Of a stretch of DNA of 64,000 nucleotides, positions 10,725-21,255 are shown one piece after another. This DNA is from Promethearchaeota archaeon (GTDB lineage: Archaea; Asgardarchaeota; Lokiarchaeia; Sigyniarchaeales; SOKP01): NCBI GenBank assembly GCA_016839585.1, contig JAEOTZ010000058.1:96001-160000 (forward strand), in the 5' to 3' direction. Under the pieces are notes generated by a model, which was not told the DNA's origin, did not search any database, and worked only from the letters and a program-made list of their open reading frames with translations. The position numbers and the translations under genes were made by a program. Every line of letters begins with the position of its first letter. The first letter of the stretch is position 1.

Positions 10725-12359
10725 TTAAAAAACAGAATCTTCATGATAAGTACCAAATACATCCTTTAATGCTGAAATAATTTCTCCAATTGAAGCATAT
10801 TCTCTAACAGCATCAATTATATAAGGCATTAAATTTTCAGAACCTTTGGCCGTCTCTTTTAATCTATTTAGATTTTCTTCAATTTTCTCGTTGTTTCTTT
10901 CTGCTTTAATTTTAAGAAGCTTTTCGATTTGTTCTTCAGCTACCTTCTCATCAATCTTTAATAATGGTGTAGTACAAGGTTCTCTCACTTGGAGATCATT
11001 CACACCGACAATAATTCTCTCTCGATTTTCAATTTCTTGTTGATATTTATAGGAAGCATTCGCAATTTCTTTCTGGAAAAAATTAGCTTTAATAGCAGGT
11101 ATTACTCCTCCCAGTTCATCAATCCTTTCGAAATATGCTTCAGCTTCTGCTTCCATTTTATTAGTAAGCCATTCTACATAATAAGAACCCGCTAAAGGAT
11201 CTACAGTATCAGCAACTCCAGACTCATTAGCAATTATCTGTTGTGTTCTTAAACCAATTTTTGCTGCTTTTTCTGTTGGAAGACAAAGTGCTTCATCAAA
11301 GGAATTTGTATGTAAAGATTGAGTTCCACCTAAAACTGCTGCTAATGCTTGTAAGGTTACTCTCACAATATTATTTTCAGGTTCTTGAGCGGTTAATGAA
11401 ACTCCTGCAGTTTGAGTATGAAAACGTAATCGCATTGATTCAAGTTCTTTTGCACCATATTTATTTTTCATTCTTTTCGCCCAAATTCTTCTTGCAGCCC
11501 TATATTTACAGACTTCTTCAAAAAAGTTATTATGAGAATTAAAAAAGAATGATAACCTTGGAGCAAAATCATCAATATCTAAACCTCTTTCCAATGCAGC
11601 TTCAACATAACCAAATCCATCTGCTAACGTAAAGGCTAATTCTTGAACTGTTGTTGACCCTGCTTCTCTAATATGATACCCTGATATAGATATAGTGTAC
11701 CATTGAGGTACAAATTTCGTACAATACTCAATAGTATCAATAATTAATCGCATTGAAGGTTCAGGAGGAAAAATCCAAGATTTTTGTGCGATGTATTCTT
11801 TTAATATATCATTTTGTATGGTACCTCGTAGTTGATCCGGAGTATGTCCTTGTTTTTCAGCAGTTACTATATACATTGCAAGTAATATAGAAGCTGGCGC
11901 GTTAATAGTCATCGATGTCGATATCTTAGATAGATCTATTCCATCAAATAAAGTCTCCATATCTTTTAATGTATCTATACTAACTCCTTCTTTTCCGACT
12001 TCACCCAAAGCCTTTTCATCAATAGCTTCAATACCATATATGGTATGTAAACTGAATGCAACACTCAAACCAGTTTGACCATGCTCTAACAAGAATTTAT
12101 ATCTTTGATTAGTCTGATCTGCTGTTCCAAATCCTGCAAATTGTCTCATCGTCCAAAATCGTCCTCGATACATATTTGGATAAGCACCACGAGTAAAAGG
12201 AAATTTTCCAGATTCTCCTAAATCCATAACATAATTGAAGTCCTTTATATCATCTGGTGTATATAAGCGCTTAATTTCAATGCCAGATAGATTTTTGAAT
12301 TTTTCTTTTCTTTCTTTTTTAGTTGGTCTTAAAGTTTTTTGTTCATCAATTTCTGTCAT
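10725..12359 (-). CDS. B12-dependent acyl-CoA mutase large subunit, isobutyryl-CoA mutase-like
   Basis: PFTRG, WTMRQFAGFG, QNDILKEYIAQK, ISGYHIREAG, QSLHTNSFDEAL. Confidence 0.92.
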   Translation of the reverse strand: MTEIDEQKTLRPTKKERKEKFKNLSGIEIKRLYTPDDIKDFNYVMDLGESGKFPFTRGAYPNMYRGRFWTMRQFAGFGTADQTNQRYKFLLEHGQTGLSVAFSLHTIYGIEAIDEKALGEVGKEGVSIDTLKDMETLFDGIDLSKISTSMTINAPASILLAMYIVTAEKQGHTPDQLRGTIQNDILKEYIAQKSWIFPPEPSMRLIIDTIEYCTKFVPQWYTISISGYHIREAGSTTVQELAFTLADGFGYVEAALERGLDIDDFAPRLSFFFNSHNNFFEEVCKYRAARRIWAKRMKNKYGAKELESMRLRFHTQTAGVSLTAQEPENNIVRVTLQALAAVLGGTQSLHTNSFDEALCLPTEKAAKIGLRTQQIIANESGVADTVDPLAGSYYVEWLTNKMEAEAEAYFERIDELGGVIPAIKANFFQKEIANASYKYQQEIENRERIIVGVNDLQVREPCTTPLLKIDEKVAEEQIEKLLKIKAERNNEKIEENLNRLKETAKGSENLMPYIIDAVREYASIGEIISALKDVFGTYHEDSVF

Positions 12360-12619
12360 GAGTTATTCCTTCTTATTTTAAATTTCTCTTGGAAATATTT
12401 GATTTATACTAGTTTTTTATAGGGATTTAAGTTTATTAACTTTTTTTGTTGAAGTTTTATATGAATAACGAATCTTTATTTCTCATAACATTAAATATAA
12501 AGTATAAGTAGGAGTTCATTAAGGATTTATTAAAAAAAATATTATTAGAATATATATTTAATTCATGAACTATGGATTTATTTTTATCTAAGGTTCATTC
12601 ATAAAGGGTATAAACATTC

Positions 12620-13357
12620 ATGACAAAACTCATTTATTTAGGTTGCTTAAGTCTAAAGAATTATGAACCTACTTGTAAAAATGCCATAAAAATTATTAAA
12701 TTCCTAGATAATGAATATAAAGTGCTTGATGATGCACCATGTTGTGGTTCCTTAGCTTTTAATATTTCCTCAGATGAGGAATTAAAAACTCATATTCAAT
12801 ATGTAAATAATTGGTTTAGAGCAAATGATATAACTGAACTTGTCACAATCTGCGCAGGATGTTATAGTTATCTTACGAAATATTATAAAGAATTATTAGG
12901 TACTGATTTTAATGTTGAAATAAAACATTTACTCCAATTTATCACTGAACCTAGGAATTTAGAAAAATTAGATCTACAATATTCAGGAAAGAAATTAAGT
13001 ATAAATTACCATGATGCCTGTCATTTAAGGAATGCTTCAAAACCAATCATAGAAGAACCAAGAATTATCTTAAAAAGTATTAAAAATGTAAATTTTAATG
13101 AAATGGGTTATAATAAAACAAATAGTATATGTTGTGGAGCTGGCGGAGGAGTTTATTCTATTTTTAAAGGAAATAGTGATTTCAATGCTAAAGCTATTTT
13201 TGATAATATGAAAAAAGGAAAAATTTTGTTAACTGCTTGTCCATTTTGTTATACTGCCTTGAAACGCATAAAGGAAGAAAATAATATAAAAAAATCGATT
13301 ATCAAATTTGAAGATTTTATTGCTAATCTAATGGAAGGAGTTGATCCCATCAATTGA
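12620..13357 (+). CDS. CCG-domain Fe-S protein (LutA/GlcF/HdrB-like)
   Basis: CCGS, CAGC, YHDACHL, CCGAGGG, ACPFC. Confidence 0.85.
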   Translation: MTKLIYLGCLSLKNYEPTCKNAIKIIKFLDNEYKVLDDAPCCGSLAFNISSDEELKTHIQYVNNWFRANDITELVTICAGCYSYLTKYYKELLGTDFNVEIKHLLQFITEPRNLEKLDLQYSGKKLSINYHDACHLRNASKPIIEEPRIILKSIKNVNFNEMGYNKTNSICCGAGGGVYSIFKGNSDFNAKAIFDNMKKGKILLTACPFCYTALKRIKEENNIKKSIIKFEDFIANLMEGVDPIN

Positions 13358-14658
13358 ATGATAAAGGAAAAGAGTTATATGATGTGATTAAGGGTAAAAT
13401 AAATAGTATGAAAGAAGAAGATAGCCTAGAAAGACAATATTGGAATTTCTGGAAACTAGGTTGTTTTTTAAAGACTAAAGCTCATGATTTAAAAAATGTA
13501 TATGAAGATACAAGCCGAGAATTTGTAGATAAATATAAAGAACAACTTATAAAAATGAGAGAACAAGTCCTTGAAAATTTGGATTATTATGTAGAAAAAT
13601 GTATAAATGTAATGCGTAAAGCAAATAACTTCAAAGTGCATTATGCTAAAACTAATAAAGAGGCTCACCACATCTTTATGGAAGAACTTGGAGATAATAA
13701 AGTTGTCTATAAATCAAAATCGAATGAGGCAAAGGATATTGGGATAATCGATTTTTTAAAGAAAAATGATATTATTATTAAAGAAACAGATTTAGGAGAT
13801 GTTTTAGTTCAATTATTCGATTATAAATTACCAAGTTTTCAAGTAGGACCTGGAGCTCACTTTTCAATTGATGATATCGTAGCTAAAATAAAAGAAATGC
13901 ATGGTGTAGAACTAGAACCAAAACCAAGCGCAATTGTTGATTATTATAGAAAAACATATCGGAAAGAACTACTTAATAACGTAAAAGTTTCTTTAACATC
14001 TGCTAATGCAATATCTGCTGAGGATGGGACTATTGTACTGGGTGAAAATGAAGGAAATATAAGTTTATTAACAAGAGCAACTGAAAAGCACATCGTAGTA
14101 TGTGGAATCCAAAAAATTGTACCAACAGTTTTAGACGCTGTGCTTGTAGCAAAAATACAATCTAGAATAAATAATGTACCTTTTAATTATATTAACCTTA
14201 TTTCAGGTCCTTCTAGCACTTCAGATATACGAGGTATAAATGTTTTAGGAATGTATGGTGCAAAAGAGGTTGTTATTATACTCGTTGATGAGTGGCGCAC
14301 GAAAGCAATAAAAGAAAACCTATTTTATAAAGATTATTTAAAATGTATTTCATGTAGAACTTGTAATTTTGTCTGCACAGCAGCACGTGCTTTTGGTAAT
14401 ATTTTTGCTTCGAAATATGGATGGGGAGCTACTGCTATTCTAACAGATTATATTCACAATGGAATCGAAGCAGCTGTGCAAGATGGATTATTTTTTTGTA
14501 CTAATTGTGAAAACTGTTATCATTGGTGCCCCGTTTCAATAAATATAGGTGAAATTATGAAATCTATAAAAAAAGAAGCAAAAAAAGCTGGATTATGTCC
14601 TCCCCCTCTAAAGGAATATCAGCAAAAAATACTTAAAGACAAGAATCCATTTAAATAA
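13354..14658 (+). CDS. LUD-domain Fe-S protein (LutB-like)
   Basis: KSKS, ETDLG, ENEGN, ISGPSSTSDI, C-terminal CxxCxxC ferredoxin motifs; overlaps upstream stop. Confidence 0.82.
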   Translation: MNDKGKELYDVIKGKINSMKEEDSLERQYWNFWKLGCFLKTKAHDLKNVYEDTSREFVDKYKEQLIKMREQVLENLDYYVEKCINVMRKANNFKVHYAKTNKEAHHIFMEELGDNKVVYKSKSNEAKDIGIIDFLKKNDIIIKETDLGDVLVQLFDYKLPSFQVGPGAHFSIDDIVAKIKEMHGVELEPKPSAIVDYYRKTYRKELLNNVKVSLTSANAISAEDGTIVLGENEGNISLLTRATEKHIVVCGIQKIVPTVLDAVLVAKIQSRINNVPFNYINLISGPSSTSDIRGINVLGMYGAKEVVIILVDEWRTKAIKENLFYKDYLKCISCRTCNFVCTAARAFGNIFASKYGWGATAILTDYIHNGIEAAVQDGLFFCTNCENCYHWCPVSINIGEIMKSIKKEAKKAGLCPPPLKEYQQKILKDKNPFK

Positions 14659-14664
14659 AAAAAA

Positions 14665-15546
14665 TTATTTAGAACGGGTTATAATAAAATCGACCAATTT
14701 CCCAAGGCTTTTAACATTCTCGTAATCTTTTGGAGCCTTTTCTTCTAAATAATCCTTAAAAACCTCCCAATTCTCTTTCTTACCTGAAGGTGCTCCATCT
14801 AATAATTTTTTGGCTTCATTAAAGTCATAGACAAAAATTAGAGCATTATCAAGTTTATTAGCATCATCACTTAATAGAAAAAGATAATACTCGTTTAAAT
14901 CCCAAGGATTTAAAACATGAGCAGGTTTGTTTCCATCCCCTGCATTCTTACCTCTCAATAAACGTGTATCTACCTGTGTTGGTAATACCATATTAAAATT
15001 TATATTCTCTCGTTTATATTCCATTGACATTGATTTTTGCAAACCTACGACAGCATATTTACTTGCAACGTATGCAGCGAGTTTAATTGGAGCAATTGGA
15101 TATGCTTCACTTCCAGTGATTATAAATCTTGCTTTATCCTTCTTATCATCTTTTTTCATATAAGGATAAGCCGCTTTAAACGTATAGAACACTCCTAGTA
15201 TATTAACATTTAAGATTTCAGAAAATTTCTCGTTGATAAACTCATGAGTTGACCACATTCGAGAATATCCAGCGTTGGCAACAATTCCATTAAGTAAACC
15301 TAATTTATTATGAAATGCTTGAAATGCAACTTCAACCTCTTCAAATTTAGTAATATCTGCTGGTTTTGCAATAACTTTTACTCCAACTCCTAAATCTTCA
15401 ATTTCCTTTTTCGTAATATTTAATTCTTCCAATGTTCTTGAAATTAATCCAATATTAGCACCTTCTTTAGCGCATGCTATTGCTATCGCCTTCCCTATCC
15501 CTCTACCTGAGCCAGTAATTACAATATTTTTTCCTTTTAACAACAT
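14665..15546 (-). CDS. Short-chain dehydrogenase/reductase
   Basis: TGSGRGIG, ANAG, YVASK. Confidence 0.9.
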   Translation of the reverse strand: MLLKGKNIVITGSGRGIGKAIAIACAKEGANIGLISRTLEELNITKKEIEDLGVGVKVIAKPADITKFEEVEVAFQAFHNKLGLLNGIVANAGYSRMWSTHEFINEKFSEILNVNILGVFYTFKAAYPYMKKDDKKDKARFIITGSEAYPIAPIKLAAYVASKYAVVGLQKSMSMEYKRENINFNMVLPTQVDTRLLRGKNAGDGNKPAHVLNPWDLNEYYLFLLSDDANKLDNALIFVYDFNEAKKLLDGAPSGKKENWEVFKDYLEEKAPKDYENVKSLGKLVDFIITRSK

Positions 15547-15639
15547 GATTTTTTATAAAAATTTGATTACAATTATTAATTTTATAAAAAAGCAATAAGA
15601 ATTATAAATTTTAAGGGAACTTTTAAGATCTCTCATTAC

Positions 15640-16773
15640 TTAAGCAACTTTATATGCTTCATTAATAGCAGAACACCCCCCACACCTCACACACCCAGCT
15701 ATATTTTCTAAAGGATTAATGCCATATTGTTTCATTAATTTTCCAGCATTTAGATAAACATCTAGTAAATTTTTATAATTTGTTATTGGAAGATCTTTTT
15801 TCCCTGGGATTGAGCGAACTGGAGTAATAAAAGGAATAACTCCAAGTGAAATAACCTTTTCTATATCCTTATTAAAAACTTCCTTAGATTCCCCAAAGCC
15901 AGTTAATACATAAGTTTCTACTTGATTTTTTCCAAAAACCTCTAAAGCCTGAATCCAATTTTTCTCAAACACCTCATATGGAATATGAGCCTTTCCAGGA
16001 GTAATTTTTTTTCTTAAATTCTCATCTAGAATCTCTATATGTATACCTATTGTATCAGCACCAGCTTTTTTCAATTTGTTTATGTATTCTAATTCCTCTA
16101 AAGCTTCAATTTGCACATGCAATGGGATATCTGGATGATTTCTTTTTATACCCCCTAATAATTCAATATATCGATTAGCACCTTTATCAACTGTCTCTTC
16201 TGTGCCACTGGTTAATGTCATATGAGAACATCGACCTTCTTTTTTAGCGGCTGTGATAACTTCTGACATCTGTTTATAGTTCTTCTCTAAAATAGTAGTA
16301 TCATATGATAAACTTAATTCAATGCCACAAAACTTGCACGCTTCCCCACATGCCCAATATGCACATTTTTGATATATTGTACTTGCTAAGCAAGCAATTC
16401 CATGTACTAAAGCGATTTTCCTCATCTCAATGCCATCAGATGTTTTTAAATCATAAAATTGTGGATTATTAACCAGTTTTACTTTCCCAAAGCTTCTCTT
16501 TTTCTTCTCATCGTAAATTTCAAAGAGTTCTTCCCTCTTTTGTTTTAAAATAAGACTGGTCTTTTTTTTGTCGTTCCATAAAGCTGCATTTACTAAAGTT
16601 TTATTATCTTCTAGTAAAAAATACCTACCTCCAAGAGGACCAGCTCCACCTTTGCGTCCAAAATTAATTTCAATTCCTTGTTCTTTATAATACTCAATTA
16701 ATTGTTTATCTAAGAAAATTCCTTTACATAATAATTCAGTCTTTTGTTCTAATGCTGTAAGAGGATCTATCAT
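15640..16773 (-). CDS. Radical SAM protein, MSMEG_0568-like family
   Basis: RKGGAGP, KIALVHG..LASTIYQKC, CAYWACGEACKFC, C-terminal AGCVRCGGCS. Confidence 0.75.
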   Translation of the reverse strand: MIDPLTALEQKTELLCKGIFLDKQLIEYYKEQGIEINFGRKGGAGPLGGRYFLLEDNKTLVNAALWNDKKKTSLILKQKREELFEIYDEKKKRSFGKVKLVNNPQFYDLKTSDGIEMRKIALVHGIACLASTIYQKCAYWACGEACKFCGIELSLSYDTTILEKNYKQMSEVITAAKKEGRCSHMTLTSGTEETVDKGANRYIELLGGIKRNHPDIPLHVQIEALEELEYINKLKKAGADTIGIHIEILDENLRKKITPGKAHIPYEVFEKNWIQALEVFGKNQVETYVLTGFGESKEVFNKDIEKVISLGVIPFITPVRSIPGKKDLPITNYKNLLDVYLNAGKLMKQYGINPLENIAGCVRCGGCSAINEAYKVA

Positions 16774-16929
16774 ATCAATAAAATTAGATTATTATTAATC
16801 TTCATGGATTTAAATTATCTGGTTTATTTAATTTTAAGTGTTATTAAAAGAAAGAAAATTTTATTAACTAATCTATAGTATTCATATTTAATCATTTTTT
16901 ATAACTCAATATATAAAAGGTGTAAATTT

Positions 16930-17343
16930 TTGCCACGTGTTGAAAAGACAATAGATATTGCAGCATCTCAAGATAAAATCTTCGAGATTATAGACGATGA
17001 TGATAATTATGCTAAGTGGAATATTGTTGTAAATGAAGTAACTAAACTTGGTGAAGGTAATTACTTTTTTAAAACAAATGTTGGAGATATAACGTCTACT
17101 CGTATAGAAACAAATGCCCCTGAAAATCTTTCTGCTACTCAAGAAGGAAGCCCTATGAAAAGCTTAGGATATGTTTTAAAACCAAAAGGTGATGTTGTTG
17201 AAGCTACAATTTGGTCAGAATTTGATGATCCCGGTCAAGAGCCTATACTTGGAATCGCTGGAGAAATACTCTTAAAAAGCTTGAAAAAATATGCTGAATA
17301 TCTTGAAGCGGGTGAAAACCCAGATGAGTTCAGTAAAAAATAA
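16930..17343 (+). CDS. SRPBCC/START-like ligand-binding protein
   Basis: VEKTIDIAAS.DKIFEII...YAKW pattern, C-terminal helix LKSLKKYAE. Confidence 0.7.
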   Translation: MPRVEKTIDIAASQDKIFEIIDDDDNYAKWNIVVNEVTKLGEGNYFFKTNVGDITSTRIETNAPENLSATQEGSPMKSLGYVLKPKGDVVEATIWSEFDDPGQEPILGIAGEILLKSLKKYAEYLEAGENPDEFSKK

Positions 17344-17491
17344 ATGAAATTTTAAAGTTTAAATCATCTTTTTTTTTTAGTCTTTATAAGAATTACAAAT
17401 ATGCATAACCGAATCCTCTTTTTCTACGAAAAATTTTTTAATTATTCATTATTACTTCATCTGTATTTTAATATAAAAAAGTGAAAAAGAA

Positions 17492-18124
17492 ATGGCTCAT
17501 CGAAGACCTTGGAAATGTTATTCGAAATGGACTCGTAGACCCTATCAATACAAAAGAAGCTCAAATCGTAGGCGGGAATTTGCTCGGGGTGGAGCTCAGT
17601 CCAAAATAGTTCGTTTTTGGGGTGGAAACAAGGAAGCTCCATGGGAGTCTTTCGATTTAACGGTAGGACTTAAAGTCAACTCCCAAGTCCAGATTTCTTC
17701 AAACACGCTCGAAGCTATAAGAATTACTATAAATGGTGTTCTTCAAAGAAAACTAGGAAGACAGAATTATCGGCTTCGAATTCGTCCTAAACCATTTCAA
17801 AAGATTCGAGAGAATCGTATGTTGGCTTTTGCTGGCGCAGATCGGGTACAATCAGGTATGAGGAATTCTTTTGGGAGATCTACGGGAGTATGTGCCCGAG
17901 TTAGAGCAGGTCAAATTATTGTTGATGTAGGTGTTGATATCAAGAACCTTCCATTAGTAAGAGATAGACTTAGAGTAGCAAACATGAAAGTACCAAGTTC
18001 ATGTCAAATTGTTATTCTTAAGTATAAGACTCCAGAACTCTTAAAACAGTCAGGATTGCCATTATATGACGATAAAAAAAGAAAAGAAGTACCTCTTTAT
18101 GAATTAGAATTTGCGACTGCTTAA
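17492..18124 (+). CDS. rpl10e: 50S ribosomal protein uL16 (L10e)
   Basis: RRPWKCY, LEAIRI, RENRMLAFAGADRVQSGMRNSFG; archaeal/eukaryotic L10e type. Confidence 0.95.
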   Translation: MAHRRPWKCYSKWTRRPYQYKRSSNRRREFARGGAQSKIVRFWGGNKEAPWESFDLTVGLKVNSQVQISSNTLEAIRITINGVLQRKLGRQNYRLRIRPKPFQKIRENRMLAFAGADRVQSGMRNSFGRSTGVCARVRAGQIIVDVGVDIKNLPLVRDRLRVANMKVPSSCQIVILKYKTPELLKQSGLPLYDDKKRKEVPLYELEFATA

Positions 18125-18138
18125 TATTTAATTACGAT

Positions 18139-19602
18139 TTATCCCCAAAATGGTTTCCAGCGATTCCATATGTCCCATCGCGGTATATTTTTTATATTAT
18201 ACCAGAAAGCTTTTTGTCTATATCTACTTTTTAAGATTTTATAAATTTGGCGGGATATGTAGCGGGGTCGCTGCATGAACTTTCTATGAGTTTCTTTTAT
18301 ACGTGCCATTAGTTCACTCAAAGGTATATTAAGAATAGCAGTACCAACTTCCCAACATTCATCAGGGTTGATTCGTTTTTCATCAACCATCTGATTCCAA
18401 ATCCAATTTCCTGGAATTATGCCTAAAATATGAAATTGTGGAAAATCAATATCCAATTTAAGTGCTAAATTAAATGTATCAATTATTTCCTCGCGTGTCT
18501 CAATTGGCGCACCCACTATAAAATTTGCTAGAATAATATCAATCCCAACCTTTTTCGAATTTTTTATTGCATCATAGACTTGATTTAGTGTAATTCGTTT
18601 ATTATACCAGTCTAAAACTCTTTGCGAGCCACTTTCGACGCCATAACTTATAATTTTGCAGCCCATATGTTTCATTGCAGTCAGAAGTTCCCTTGAACCC
18701 TGAGTCACCCTCCCCTCCGCCATCCAATTTAAATCTATCTTTTCCTTTCTAATTAATTGTGATAGTTCCATTAATCTTTTTTTACTTATAGTAAAATTAT
18801 CATCAACCCAATACAAATTTTGATAACCTTGATTCTCGAGAAGGGAAAGTTCTTCTACTATATTTTTCGGAGATCTTGGACGCCATCTGCCCCAAAACAT
18901 AGCGCTTGAGCAAAATGTACATTGAAATGCACAACCTCTTGAAGAAGAAGCAGTGGTAAAATTTCCTAGCGAAATATCAAGACCTTCTACTTCACTTTTA
19001 TATTCTACCTTTCCTAATAATTTCCTATTTGGAAATGGAAGGGTGTCAATATTTTCTATGAGGGGTCTATCTTTATTTCTAATAATTCTACCATTATTTC
19101 GATACGACACACCTCTTATATCTTCAAAGCCATGACCTTTTTCAGTTTTTTCAGCAATTTCTAAAAGAGTATTTTCCCCTTCTCCTCTAATGCAAGCATC
19201 AATGAATGGGTACTTATTTAATATTCTGGTATCATTGAAAGTTGCGTGATAATTCCCAAATAAAATCTTAACATTCGGATTTATTTCTTCCTTTACTCTT
19301 TTAGCAATTTCTGCTGATGTAATTCCAGTTCCTGAGGTGGTTATCGTTGAAAAACCTAAAATATCTGGATCTTCTTGCTTTATCCATTTCAAAGTTTCAT
19401 CAATTGAAGCTGATTGAGCGAACTGATCAAATATAGATGCCTTAAAATTATTTTCGGTTAGATAAGTCGCGAGATACAATATTCCCATTGGTGGAAATCC
19501 ATAGAAATCAATTTTTTCTTTGACATATTGTTCAGCTTCTTTAACGGTACCGCAAAATATTCCTCTATCTGGGGGTTTTGGAAAAATTAAAGATACTTTC
19601 AA
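18139..19602 (-). CDS. Cobalamin-binding radical SAM enzyme
   Basis: N-terminal B12-binding domain (PPMGILYLA, GNYHAT, RGEGE), SRGCAFQCTFC, DDNFT, GVESGS. Confidence 0.92.
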   Translation of the reverse strand: MKVSLIFPKPPDRGIFCGTVKEAEQYVKEKIDFYGFPPMGILYLATYLTENNFKASIFDQFAQSASIDETLKWIKQEDPDILGFSTITTSGTGITSAEIAKRVKEEINPNVKILFGNYHATFNDTRILNKYPFIDACIRGEGENTLLEIAEKTEKGHGFEDIRGVSYRNNGRIIRNKDRPLIENIDTLPFPNRKLLGKVEYKSEVEGLDISLGNFTTASSSRGCAFQCTFCSSAMFWGRWRPRSPKNIVEELSLLENQGYQNLYWVDDNFTISKKRLMELSQLIRKEKIDLNWMAEGRVTQGSRELLTAMKHMGCKIISYGVESGSQRVLDWYNKRITLNQVYDAIKNSKKVGIDIILANFIVGAPIETREEIIDTFNLALKLDIDFPQFHILGIIPGNWIWNQMVDEKRINPDECWEVGTAILNIPLSELMARIKETHRKFMQRPRYISRQIYKILKSRYRQKAFWYNIKNIPRWDIWNRWKPFWG

Positions 19603-19794
19603 AAAATCACTTTAAATTTGAATTAAATTTAATGGTTCTTTTAATTAAACATCATTATTTCAATTCTAGTTTAATTATATAGGTTAAATAAATCTTAAAA
19701 ATAAAATCATTTTTGATGTATATATTAGAAAAGAGATAAATGTATAATTAAAACTAATAATATCATACACAAACCTGTGAAAATGGTCTATTAA

Positions 19795-21255
19795 ATGAAA
19801 TTAATTGATAAAGAAATCCAAAAAGTAGCATTAGTAAATCCAAATTTTATTACTAAAAGCATTACAGATAAATTTACAATCCCTGCTTTAGGATTAGAAT
19901 ATCTTGCTGCTAATATTTTAGATTTAGCTGAAGTGAAGATAATTAATGGTAAAGTAAGGAATTTAAACCTCAAGGAAATTATGGAGGAAATTAATGAATT
20001 TAAACCAGATATTGTTGGAATTTCATGTTGTTTAACAACAGGAGTTAATTTTGCCTTAGAAATAGCAAAAGAGTCAAAAAAACTTGGATATTCAATCGTA
20101 TTAGGGGGTTGGCATCCTAATTTTGCCCCTTCTGAAGTTTTAAAATATCCATTTGTAGATATTATTGTCCGAGGAGAGGGAGAAGTCACCTTTCGGGAAT
20201 TAATCGAAAACAAAAATCTAGAAAAGATAAAAGGAATATCATATAAAAACAATGGGAGTATTATAAACAATCCAGATCGCCCATTAATCAAAGATTTAAA
20301 TAAACTACCATTTCCAGCAAGGGAATTAAGAAATAAAAAGTCTTATTTTCAAATCTTTCAGATGCCTATAGATGCGATTGAGACATCAAGGGGTTGCCCA
20401 TTTAAATGCACTTTCTGTAATATTCATCTTTTTTATCGAGGAACCTATAGAATAAAAAGTCCAGAACGGGTTATTCAGGAGTTAAAAATTATTACAAATG
20501 GAAAAAAACATATAAATGTAATGATTGTGGATGATAATTTCACAACAAATATTAAAAGAGTAGAGAAAATTTGTGATTTAATAATCAAAGAAGGAATTAA
20601 AGTGGATTTAACTTGTCAAAGTCGCATTGATGTTATAAAAAAGAATCCAAATGTAATCAAAAAAATGTCTAAAGCAGGGTTTTGGTGTTTTTTCCTTGGT
20701 ATTGAATCATTTAATCAAAAATCTTTAAATAGTATTCAGAAAAGAGTTCAATTCCGAGATATTTTTGAAGCAATTAAAATACTTCATGATAATGATATAG
20801 TAATAATTGGCAGTATGTTGGTAGGTTCAAATCTTGATGAGGAAGAGAAAGATACTGATCTAATGATAAAAGTTGTCAAAAAATTAGGAATAGATTTTCC
20901 ATTATATTCCGTAATGACACCTTTACTAGGTACGAAATTCAGAGATATCCTAATTGAAAAAAATTATCTTGTATCTCATAATTGGAGTGAATACAATTTT
21001 ACCACAGCAGTAAATCGATTAAATAAACTATCAAAGGAAAAGCTAGACCAACTTTTATCTAAGGCATATTATTATGGATATTTTCATAGGGGTTGGAAAG
21101 ATACTTTAATGAGATTATATAGGAAAAAAGGAATTAAAATATTTTTAAATACAAGAAAATTTAAAGCTCTTAAGGATATTTTAGGTTTATTTAGAAATAT
21201 TAGAAGAATGAAAAATGAAATAGATTCAATATCCCCTACCATAAAATTTAATTGA
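19795..21255 (+). CDS. Cobalamin-binding radical SAM enzyme
   Basis: LGLEYLAA, GGWHP, RGEGE, SRGCPFKCTFC, DDNFT, GIES. Confidence 0.92.
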   Translation: MKLIDKEIQKVALVNPNFITKSITDKFTIPALGLEYLAANILDLAEVKIINGKVRNLNLKEIMEEINEFKPDIVGISCCLTTGVNFALEIAKESKKLGYSIVLGGWHPNFAPSEVLKYPFVDIIVRGEGEVTFRELIENKNLEKIKGISYKNNGSIINNPDRPLIKDLNKLPFPARELRNKKSYFQIFQMPIDAIETSRGCPFKCTFCNIHLFYRGTYRIKSPERVIQELKIITNGKKHINVMIVDDNFTTNIKRVEKICDLIIKEGIKVDLTCQSRIDVIKKNPNVIKKMSKAGFWCFFLGIESFNQKSLNSIQKRVQFRDIFEAIKILHDNDIVIIGSMLVGSNLDEEEKDTDLMIKVVKKLGIDFPLYSVMTPLLGTKFRDILIEKNYLVSHNWSEYNFTTAVNRLNKLSKEKLDQLLSKAYYYGYFHRGWKDTLMRLYRKKGIKIFLNTRKFKALKDILGLFRNIRRMKNEIDSISPTIKFN

